A stretch of 32,000 bases of DNA from Delftia acidovorans NBRC 14950. GTDB lineage: Bacteria > Pseudomonadota > Gammaproteobacteria > Burkholderiales > Burkholderiaceae_C. Below, in pieces: positions 25,116-32,000 of the stretch; the first letter of the stretch is position 1; every line of letters starts with the position of its first letter. The stretch covers positions 510,001 to 542,000 of the forward strand of contig NZ_BCZP01000001.1 of NCBI RefSeq assembly GCF_001598795.1. The letters are read 5' to 3'. A program made the translations under genes and the position numbers. The notes under the pieces were generated by a model, which worked only from the letters and a program-made list of their open reading frames with translations, searched no databases and was not told where the DNA came from.

Positions 25116-25934
25116 ATGAAGTCCAAGACCCGCTTTGCCGTCCGTCTGGCTGCCAGCCTCGCCATTGCCTGCGGCGCCTTCCAGGCCGCCCAGGCCCACA
25201 ACCTGTGGCTGCTGCCCTCGACCACGGTGCTGTCCAAGGCCGAATGGATCACGGTGGATGCCGCTGTCTCCAACGACCTGTTCTTCTTCAACCACGTGCC
25301 GCTGGGCCTGGACAACCTCGTTGTCTCGGCGCCGGACGGCTCGGCCGTCGCGCCGCAGAATGCCCATCGCGGCAAGCTGCGCAGCGTGTTCGACCTGGAC
25401 CTGCAGCAAAGCGGCACCTACCGCCTGGCCATCGTCAACGACGGCCTGTTTGCCTCTTGGAAGGACAAGGCCACGGGCCAGAACCGCCGCTGGCGCGGCT
25501 CGCCCGAGAAGTTCGCCGCCGATGTGCCCGCCGACGCGCAGGACCTGAAGGTGACCCAGTCCGTGGGCCGCATCGAGACCTTCGTGACCGTGGGCAAGCC
25601 CAGCGCCGTCAAGCCTTCCGGCAAGGGGCTGGAGCTGGTGCCCGTGACCCATCCCAACGACCTGGTCAAGGGCGAGAAGGCCACCTTCGCCTTCCATGTG
25701 GACGGCAAGCCCGCCGCCAACCTGGAAGTCGTGCTGGTGCCCGGCGCCACGCGCTACCGCGACAACAAGGGCGAGATCAAGGCCACGACCGACGCCAAGG
25801 GCGAGTTCAGCGTGACCTGGCCCACCGCCGGCATGTACTGGGTGGATGCCGACGCGCAGGACAGCAAGACATCGCTGCCCCAGGCCAAGGAGCGCCGCCT
25901 GTCCTACGTGGGCACGTTCGAGGTGCTGCCCTGA
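25116..25934 (+). CDS. Periplasmic DUF4198 protein
   Basis: 272 aa. AAGGAG RBS at 25103-25108. Signal peptide ...FQAAQA-HNLWLLP, so the mature N-terminus is His. GLELVPVTHPNDLVKGEKATFAFHVDGKPAANLEV and TTDAKGEFSVTWPTAGMYWV are typical DUF4198 strands. Confidence 0.85.
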   Translation: MKSKTRFAVRLAASLAIACGAFQAAQAHNLWLLPSTTVLSKAEWITVDAAVSNDLFFFNHVPLGLDNLVVSAPDGSAVAPQNAHRGKLRSVFDLDLQQSGTYRLAIVNDGLFASWKDKATGQNRRWRGSPEKFAADVPADAQDLKVTQSVGRIETFVTVGKPSAVKPSGKGLELVPVTHPNDLVKGEKATFAFHVDGKPAANLEVVLVPGATRYRDNKGEIKATTDAKGEFSVTWPTAGMYWVDADAQDSKTSLPQAKERRLSYVGTFEVLP

Positions 25935-25975
25935 GCCTTGCGTCCCCACCCGGGGCTCCGTCTGCGCCCGCGCCC

Positions 25976-27052
25976 GTGCGCGTGAGCTTCGCGCCCGCCC
26001 TATTGCAGGGCAGCGCAGGCCGGGGCCTTGCCGCGCCTGTGTCCACAGGCGCGGCGTCCTTTGCCGTCTCCGGCTACGCGCCGCAGGCCGTGCGGCGGGC
26101 AGACCCCGCCGCGCTGCAAACACTCACCGGCGAGTCCATGGGCACGAGCTGGAGCGTGCGCCTGCACAACCCGGATTTCCGCCCGCTCGATGAGGCGCGC
26201 CAGGCCATAGAGGCTGCGCTGGCCCTGGTCGTGCGCCAGATGAGCAACTGGGAAGCTGGCTCCGACATCTCGCGCTTCAACCGCGCCGAGCCCGGCAGCT
26301 GGCATGCACTGCCACCCGAATTCTTCACCGTGCTGACCTGTGCACTCGATTGGGCACAGGCCAGCGGCGGCGCCTGGGACCCTACCGTGGGGCCGCTGGT
26401 TGATCTGTGGGGCTTCGGCCCGCGTGCGGAAAAGTCGCAGGGCGCCGGCATCCCCGATGCCGACGCGCTGCGGCGGGTGCGCGAGCGCGTGGGCTACCAG
26501 CGCATCGTGCTGGACCTGGCAGGCCGGCGCGCGCTGCAGCCCGGCGCCGTCCATGTGGACTTCAGCGGCATCGCCAAAGGCTATTCGGTGGACCTGGTCG
26601 CCGAGCGCCTGCAGGCGCTGGGCCATACCGATTTCCTCGTCGAGGTGGGCGGCGAGCTGCGGGCCTGTGGTCAGCGCCCTGGCAACCAGCCCTGGCGCGT
26701 GGCCGTGGCCAGCATGGCGGACCAGTCCACGCCGCTGGCGCTGCCGCTGCGCGACATGGCCATCGCCACCTCGGGCGACCACTGGCATGCCTTCGAGCAA
26801 GGCGGGCGCCGCTACTCCCACACCATCGATCCGCGCAGCGGCGAGCCCGTGGCGCATGGCCTGACCAGCGTCACCGTGCTGCATGCCGAATGCATGCAGG
26901 CCGACGCCCTGGCCACCGTGCTCACCGTGCTGGGGCCGCGCGAGGGCCTGGACTTTGCCGAGCAGCGCGGCGTGGCGGCGCTGCTGTGCGAGCGCACTGC
27001 CCAAGGCCCTGCCATGGCGATGACAACGGCTTTTGCCGCGCTGCTGCCGTGA
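25976..27052 (+). CDS. apbE: FAD:protein FMN transferase (ApbE family); start codon uncertain
   Basis: MGTSWSV, WDPTVGPLVDLWGFGP, FSGIAKGYSVD, IATSGDHWH, HTIDPRSGEP and QADALATVL motifs. There is no in-frame ATG between the DUF4198 stop and MGT, so a GTG at 25976 (or 25982) is assumed. Confidence 0.85.
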   Translation: MRVSFAPALLQGSAGRGLAAPVSTGAASFAVSGYAPQAVRRADPAALQTLTGESMGTSWSVRLHNPDFRPLDEARQAIEAALALVVRQMSNWEAGSDISRFNRAEPGSWHALPPEFFTVLTCALDWAQASGGAWDPTVGPLVDLWGFGPRAEKSQGAGIPDADALRRVRERVGYQRIVLDLAGRRALQPGAVHVDFSGIAKGYSVDLVAERLQALGHTDFLVEVGGELRACGQRPGNQPWRVAVASMADQSTPLALPLRDMAIATSGDHWHAFEQGGRRYSHTIDPRSGEPVAHGLTSVTVLHAECMQADALATVLTVLGPREGLDFAEQRGVAALLCERTAQGPAMAMTTAFAALLP

Positions 27053-27097
27053 GCGTTTCCTTCCCTTTTTCCGCCGTGTAGATTTCCGGTCCTCGCC

Positions 27098-28483
27098 ATG
27101 ACCTTGTCCGAAACCGGGCTGCGCGTACTCGCAGCCGCCGTGCTGGTCCTGCTCTATGCGGCCATGTGCGCCGCCATCTGGTGGCGTGAGCGCCGCCAGC
27201 GCATGCGGACCCTGCAGGAAGCGGCTGCGCTGACCAGCGCACGCGAGGGCGCGCTGCCCCTGCTCGTGGCCTATGCCAGCCAGACCGGCCAGGCCGAGGA
27301 GCTGGCGCGCGAGACCGCCCGGCTGCTGCACACGGCCGGAGAAAGCGTGCACCTGTGCGCCCTGGACGCTGTGGATGCCGACCTGCTGGCGCGCACGCAA
27401 AGGGCGCTGTTCATCGCCAGCACCTATGGCGAGGGCGATCCGCCCGACAACGCGGCGCTGTTCCTGGCGCACGCCATGGCCGATGCACGGCCGCTGTCCC
27501 ATCTGCAATACGGTCTGCTGGCGCTGGGCGACCGGCAGTACGCGCAGTTCTGCGGCTTTGGCCGCGCGCTGGACAGCTGGCTGCGTGCCGGTGGCGCCAG
27601 GCCCTGGTTCGAGCGCATTGAAATGGACAACGGCGCGCCGCAGGTGCTGACTGCCTGGCAGCACCAGCTGACCCAGATCAGCAGCCTGGGCGACATGCCG
27701 GCATGGGAGCAGCCGGTCTTCAGCGAATGGACGCTGGCCGCGCGCCGGCACATGAACCCGGGCAGCGCAGGCGAGCCGGTGTTCCACATCGAGCTGCAGC
27801 CCCCTGCAACGGAGCCCGCGCTGTGGGAGTCCGGCGACCTGGCGCAGGTCTGCATTCCTGCGGACCCGCAGCATCCGCGCGAGTACTCCATCGCCTCCAT
27901 TGCCCAGGATGGCTGCGTGCACCTGCTGGTGCGCCAGGCGCGGCGCGAGGATGGCTCGCCGGGCCTGGCCTCGGGCTGGCTCACGCAGGGCGCGCCCCTG
28001 GGTGCAGCCATCACCCTGCGGCTGCGTGCGCACCGCAATTTCCGGCTGGAAGACAACCTGCAGCGCCCGCTGGTGCTGATCGGCAACGGCACGGGCCTGG
28101 CCGGCCTGCGCAGCCACCTGCGCGCGCGTGCTGCGGCGGGCCTGGGTCCCAACTGGCTGCTGTTCGGCGAGCGCAATGCGGCGCACGACCGGCTGTACGG
28201 CGACGAGCTTCAGGCATGGTGCGATGGCGGCGTGCTGCAGCGCCTGGACCTGGCCTTCTCGCGCGACCGCAGCGAAGGCGCGCCGCGCGCCTATGTGCAG
28301 GACCTGCTGGCGCAGTCCGGCGATGTCTTGCGCCAATGGGTGGCGCAGGGCGCAGCCATCTACGTGTGCGGCAGCCTGCAGGGCATGGCCCAGGGCGTGG
28401 ACCAGGCGCTGCACGCCGTGTTGGGCAAGGCGCAGATGGACCAGCTGGTGCGCAGCGGTCGATACCGGCGCGATGTGTACTGA
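27098..28483 (+). CDS. Membrane-anchored diflavin reductase (CysJ / sulfite-reductase flavoprotein-like: TM helix + flavodoxin-like + FAD + NAD(P)H domains)
   Basis: 461 aa. N-terminal TM LRVLAAAVLVLLYAAMCAAIWW, flavodoxin-like LLVAYASQTGQAEELA...FIASTYGEGDPPDNA, FAD motif REYSIAS, NAD(P)H motif VLIGNGTGLAGLRS, IYVCGS...MAQGV, and a C-terminal GRYRRDVY. Confidence 0.9.
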   Translation: MTLSETGLRVLAAAVLVLLYAAMCAAIWWRERRQRMRTLQEAAALTSAREGALPLLVAYASQTGQAEELARETARLLHTAGESVHLCALDAVDADLLARTQRALFIASTYGEGDPPDNAALFLAHAMADARPLSHLQYGLLALGDRQYAQFCGFGRALDSWLRAGGARPWFERIEMDNGAPQVLTAWQHQLTQISSLGDMPAWEQPVFSEWTLAARRHMNPGSAGEPVFHIELQPPATEPALWESGDLAQVCIPADPQHPREYSIASIAQDGCVHLLVRQARREDGSPGLASGWLTQGAPLGAAITLRLRAHRNFRLEDNLQRPLVLIGNGTGLAGLRSHLRARAAAGLGPNWLLFGERNAAHDRLYGDELQAWCDGGVLQRLDLAFSRDRSEGAPRAYVQDLLAQSGDVLRQWVAQGAAIYVCGSLQGMAQGVDQALHAVLGKAQMDQLVRSGRYRRDVY

Positions 28484-28568
28484 ACGCCGCTTGCGCGAGC
28501 GCAAAGATGGGCCGGTTTGCTCCTAGGAACGTAGCATCGGCACGACAGATAAATCCTATTGTGCTCGT

Positions 28569-28601
28569 GAGAATGGAAATGATTCTCAATGTTCATATAA
28601 T
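28569..28601 (+). promoter_or_regulatory. Fur box plus perfect TATAAT -10 element upstream of the CirA-like receptor
   Basis: GAGAATGGAAATGATTCTC (28569-28587) matches the Fur consensus at 14/19 by hand count, with the perfect arms GAGAAT/ATTCTC. TATAAT at 28596-28601. Confidence 0.6.
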
Positions 28602-28694
28602 TTCGTTACATATCCCCATCCCATCGCATAACCAAACATTTCAAAGCGAGTTTCACGGGCCCCACAGCCCGTTTTCCGTTTCTGGAGTGTTTGC

Positions 28695-30872
28695 ATGTCG
28701 TATCGCGATCCGCGCGGAGTTCTTCCGTCGCGTCCTTCCCATCTGGCCCTTGTGGTGGCTGCCGTCTGCGCTTCGGGTGCCGTCTCTGCTCAGACGGCAA
28801 CAGGCAATGCCGCGCCCGCCACGGAGCTGCGCGAAGTCGTGGTCTCCGCCTCGGGTTTCGAGCAGGACATCAAGGAGGCGCCGGCCTCCATCACCGTCAT
28901 CCCGCGTGAGGAACTGGCCAAGGGCCGCTTCGGCAGCCTGACCGACGCGCTGGAAAGCGTGGAAGGCATCGACGTGGGCGCCCCCGCAGGCAAGACCGGC
29001 GGCCTGAACATCAGCATCCGCGGCATGCCCAGCGACTACACGCTGGTACTCATCGACGGCCGCCGCCAGAACTCGGCCGGCAACGTCACGCCCAACGGCT
29101 TTGGCGAGACGCAGACCAGCTTCATGCCGCCCATCGGCGCCATCGAGCGCATCGAGGTCATCCGCGGCCCCATGTCCACGCTCTACGGCTCCGACGCCAT
29201 GGGCGGCGTGATCAACATCATCACCCGCAAGGTCGGCAAGACCTGGACGGGCAGCGTCAGCGCCGACTACACGCTGCAGGAAGAGTCGGAGTTCGGCGAC
29301 ATCAAATCCGGCAAGTTCTACCTGAGCGGCCCCATCAAGCAGGACATGCTGGGCCTGTCGATCCGCGGCAGCACGCAGCGCCGGGCCGCTTCGGACATCA
29401 CCTATGCGGGCGCCAACGGCCAGCCAGCCGTTCCCCTCATGGGCGGCAACCCCGTCAAGTCCGAGATCAACAACCTGGGCCTGCGCCTGGCGCTCACGCC
29501 CAACAGATACCACGACATCACGCTGGACCTGGACTCGGGCCGCCAGACCTATGACAACTCGCAGGGCCAGTTGGGTACGCTGGGCACGGGGGGCTACAGC
29601 CCCGAGCAGAAATACAACCGTGACCAGCTCACGCTGGCCCATACCGGTCGCTACGGCTTCGGAACCTGGGACACCAGCTTCATGGTCAACCGGACCGAGA
29701 CCATCGGCCGGACCATTCCCCGGGGAACCCCGGGCGCGACGCCAGGTGCCGCGCGCACGCTGGAGGTGGAAAGCAAGGTGCTGGACAGCAAGCTGGTCCT
29801 GCCCTGGGGTGCCCACCTGACCACGCTGGGCGGCCAGTGGTGGGATGCCGAGATGAAGGACGGCGTGGCGCCGAACAAGTTCGCCTTCACGCAGAAGGCC
29901 CTGTTTGCCGAGGACGAATGGAGCCTGACCGACGCCTTCAAGCTCACCATGGGCGCGCGCTATGACCGCCACAGCCTCTTCGGCGGCAAGCTCAGCCCGC
30001 GCATCTACGGCGTGTGGAATGCCGCGCCGCAGTGGACCGTGAAGGGCGGCATCAGCAACGGCTACAAGACGCCGCGCGTGGAGCAGCTGGCGCCCGGCAT
30101 CAACGGCTTCGGCCAGCAGGGCCGCCTGCCGCTGGTGGGCAGCCCCAACCTCAAGCCCGAAACCAGCCGCACCACTGAACTGGGCGTCTATTTCGACAGC
30201 CCCACGGGCTTTGCGGGCAGCGCCACGGTGTTCAACAACGAGTTCAAGGACAAGATCACCAGCGGCCCGGGCCTGATCAACTGCGACTTTGCGGCAGCGC
30301 CCAACCGCCCCGGCTGCGTGAGCTTCGGCGACTGGCCGCTGGTGGATGCCTTCGGCCAGTCCATCAACGTGGACGAGGCCGTCACGCGCGGCCTGGAGCT
30401 GAGCGCGCGCATGCCGCTGGCGCGCGGCTGGAATGCCAGCGCCAACTACACCTTCACCAGGAGCGAGCAAAAGAGCGGCCCCAACCGGGGCAACCCGCTG
30501 AGCGACACGCCCAAGCATGCGCTCAACGCCCGCCTGAACTGGGAGCCGGGTGCCCAGTGGAACCTGTGGCTGCGTGCCGAATACCGCAGCGAACGCTTCC
30601 GCGACCCCGGCACCAGCGCCAGCTCCCAGGCCGCCAAGGCCGCGCTGGGCAACTACAAGGCCTATACCCAGTTCCACCTGGGCGGCAGCTACCGCGTGAG
30701 CAAGCAGTTCACCATCAACGCGGCCATCTACAACCTGTTCAACAAGGATTTCGTGGACTACCAGCCCTACAACGTACCGGGCCAGGTCCAGGGTACCGTG
30801 ATCTTTGGCAACCGCTACGCGAACAACCAGGAAGGCCGCCGCCTGTGGGTGTCCGCCAACTACGAGTTCTGA
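28695..30872 (+). CDS. TonB-dependent receptor, CirA/IrgA-like (catecholate-type siderophore receptor family)
   Basis: 725 aa. Signal peptide ...GAVSA-QTA, TonB-box-like ELREVVVSAS, plug DIKEAPASITVIPREEL...LNISIRGMPSDYTLVLIDGRRQNS...IERIEVIRGPMSTLYGSDAMGGVINIITRK resembling CirA, terminal NYEF. Confidence 0.9.
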   Translation: MSYRDPRGVLPSRPSHLALVVAAVCASGAVSAQTATGNAAPATELREVVVSASGFEQDIKEAPASITVIPREELAKGRFGSLTDALESVEGIDVGAPAGKTGGLNISIRGMPSDYTLVLIDGRRQNSAGNVTPNGFGETQTSFMPPIGAIERIEVIRGPMSTLYGSDAMGGVINIITRKVGKTWTGSVSADYTLQEESEFGDIKSGKFYLSGPIKQDMLGLSIRGSTQRRAASDITYAGANGQPAVPLMGGNPVKSEINNLGLRLALTPNRYHDITLDLDSGRQTYDNSQGQLGTLGTGGYSPEQKYNRDQLTLAHTGRYGFGTWDTSFMVNRTETIGRTIPRGTPGATPGAARTLEVESKVLDSKLVLPWGAHLTTLGGQWWDAEMKDGVAPNKFAFTQKALFAEDEWSLTDAFKLTMGARYDRHSLFGGKLSPRIYGVWNAAPQWTVKGGISNGYKTPRVEQLAPGINGFGQQGRLPLVGSPNLKPETSRTTELGVYFDSPTGFAGSATVFNNEFKDKITSGPGLINCDFAAAPNRPGCVSFGDWPLVDAFGQSINVDEAVTRGLELSARMPLARGWNASANYTFTRSEQKSGPNRGNPLSDTPKHALNARLNWEPGAQWNLWLRAEYRSERFRDPGTSASSQAAKAALGNYKAYTQFHLGGSYRVSKQFTINAAIYNLFNKDFVDYQPYNVPGQVQGTVIFGNRYANNQEGRRLWVSANYEF

Positions 30873-31837
30873 GGCGGGTTCCGGGGCGCCTGGCTGGCCT
30901 GCACGCGTGACGGGGCCAGCCTGACCAGCACCTGCAGCGTGCGGTTCAGCGGCACGGGCACGCCCAGGGCCTCGCCGCGCCGCACCACGTAGCCGTTCAG
31001 GTGGTCGATTTCGCTGGGCTTGCCCAGCGCCAGATCCTGGGCGGTGGACGAGAACTGGCCCGGCATGGTGGCCGGCAGGCCCCGCACGGCAGCGGGCACG
31101 TCGCCGGGCAGGGCTACGCCGTCGGCCCTGGCCACGGCCAGGCATTCGGCCACCACGTCATCCACCACGTCCGTCACGCCGGGCGACTGCACCAGTGGGC
31201 CGTAGGGCAGCTGGCAGAGCGCCGACAGCGCGTTGTAGGCGCAGTTGATCACCAGCTTGGCCCACAGCGCGCCGCGCACATCGGGCGATACCTGCACGGC
31301 AATGCCCGCCGCGCCAAATTGCAGGGCCACCTGTTCGCTGAGTGCAGAGGGCGCGATGACCAGCTCGCCACGCCCGAAGTGGCGCACATGGCCGGGACCG
31401 GCCATGGCCGTGGCCACATAGACCACGGCGGCCGCCACGGCAACGGACGGGCCCAGCACGGCGCGCACGCGCTCGTCGTTGTCCACGCCGTTTTGCATGG
31501 TCAGCACCAGGGCGCCCGGCGCCAGGTGCGGCTGCATCTCGCGGGCCGCTTCCTCGGTGGCCGTGGACTTGACGCAGAACATCACCACATCGGCATCGCG
31601 CACGGCGCTGGCCTCGGTCGATGCCTGCATGGGCACCTGGATGTCCAGCGCCGCCGTCTCCAGCCGCAGGCCATGCTGCTGCACGGCCTGCACATGGGCG
31701 GGACGGCCAATCAGCGTGACCTGGTGGCCGGCGCGTGCCAGCAGTGCGCCGAAATAGCAGCCCACGGCGCCTGCACCCATGACGGCGATGCGCAGCGGCG
31801 CGGTGGGGGAGGAGGGGCTGGCGGAAGAAGCGTCCAT
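30860..31837 (-). CDS. 2-dehydropantoate 2-reductase family (PanE/ApbA-like) oxidoreductase
   Basis: About 325 aa from the ATG at 31837. Rossmann motif LRIAVMGAGAVGCYFGALLARAGHQVTLIGR, then GAGHV...NGVDN-type middle region and SSTAQDLALGKPSEIDHLNGYVVRRGE (the ketopantoate reductase C-terminal signature). Confidence 0.85.
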   Translation of the reverse strand: MDASSASPSSPTAPLRIAVMGAGAVGCYFGALLARAGHQVTLIGRPAHVQAVQQHGLRLETAALDIQVPMQASTEASAVRDADVVMFCVKSTATEEAAREMQPHLAPGALVLTMQNGVDNDERVRAVLGPSVAVAAAVVYVATAMAGPGHVRHFGRGELVIAPSALSEQVALQFGAAGIAVQVSPDVRGALWAKLVINCAYNALSALCQLPYGPLVQSPGVTDVVDDVVAECLAVARADGVALPGDVPAAVRGLPATMPGQFSSTAQDLALGKPSEIDHLNGYVVRRGEALGVPVPLNRTLQVLVRLAPSRVQASQAPRNPPQNS

Positions 31838-31954
31838 GGTGCGAATCGGATAGGCCTTTGATGGCGCCCAGTCTAGCCAGGCTGCCGTCAAGGGCCCATG
31901 CTGTCTTCCCTGCCGGGGGGGCACTGCGGACTTCAGGCCGTCCTCATGCCGTGC

Positions 31955-32000
31955 TCATGCCGTCTGCAGGCACAGGTACTTGGTTTCCAGGTATTCCTCG
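31955..32000 (-). CDS. 3' end of an aldehyde dehydrogenase (succinate-semialdehyde dehydrogenase-like), truncated by the window edge
   Basis: The minus strand reads ...EEYLETKYLCLQTA then a stop (TGA at 31955-31957). EYLExKYxC is the typical extreme C-terminus of GabD-type ALDHs. Only 14 residues are visible. Confidence 0.4.
   Translation of the reverse strand, partial: EEYLETKYLCLQTA

Noticed and set aside
26000-31145. Two minus-strand ORFs of about 830 aa each (26000..28504 and 28653..31145), antisense to ApbE and the reductase, and to the CirA-like receptor
   Set aside because: These are shadow ORFs of GC-rich coding regions. The plus-strand products carry unambiguous family motifs.
1-32000. 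Scan for CRISPR arrays, IS or transposon ends, integrases, tRNA or rRNA genes, and toxin-antitoxin or defence modules
   Set aside because: No regularly spaced direct repeats, no long terminal inverted repeats, no transposase or integrase-like translations, and no tRNA-like cloverleaf regions were noticed. All AT-rich islands coincide with promoter regions. A by-eye scan cannot exclude small ncRNAs.

Overview
GC-rich chromosomal segment, by gene content and protein signatures a betaproteobacterium and probably Comamonadaceae-like (taxon is a guess). I support 29 CDS, two of them cut by the window edges. I found no rRNA, tRNA, CRISPR array, IS element or prophage. Left to right: GntR-type regulator 3' end; orphan cytoplasmic histidine kinase; bacterioferritin divergent from ahpC-ahpF; a Fur-boxed heme locus (TonB-dependent receptor, unknown 123-aa protein, HemS/ChuS-type protein) with no hmuTUV; DUF2798 and LysR divergent pair; ppsR divergent from ppsA, with ppsA followed after 17 nt by a DUF4212 plus sodium:solute symporter pair; a two-domain hypothetical; an hxlR-FKBP pair; an orphan Bug/TctC binding protein. 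An iron island then spans about 19.3-30.9 kb: fecI-fecR-fecA-like sigma, anti-sigma and transducer receptor (minus strand), divergent from a five-gene plus-strand cluster (PepSY-TM protein, DUF2271, DUF4198, ApbE flavin transferase, membrane-anchored CysJ-like diflavin reductase), followed by a CirA-like receptor with its own near-palindromic Fur box. The window ends with a PanE-like reductase and an aldehyde dehydrogenase 3' end. The best candidate for an uncharacterised system is the five-gene Fur-boxed cluster, which reads as an NAD(P)H-to-periplasm flavin/heme electron conduit for iron acquisition. Secondary candidates are the unknown Cys-Cys-His protein translationally coupled to hemS, and the ppsA-linked DUF4212/SSS transporter with a large hydrophilic insertion. 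All calls rest on reading the translations and DNA by eye; no searches were run.
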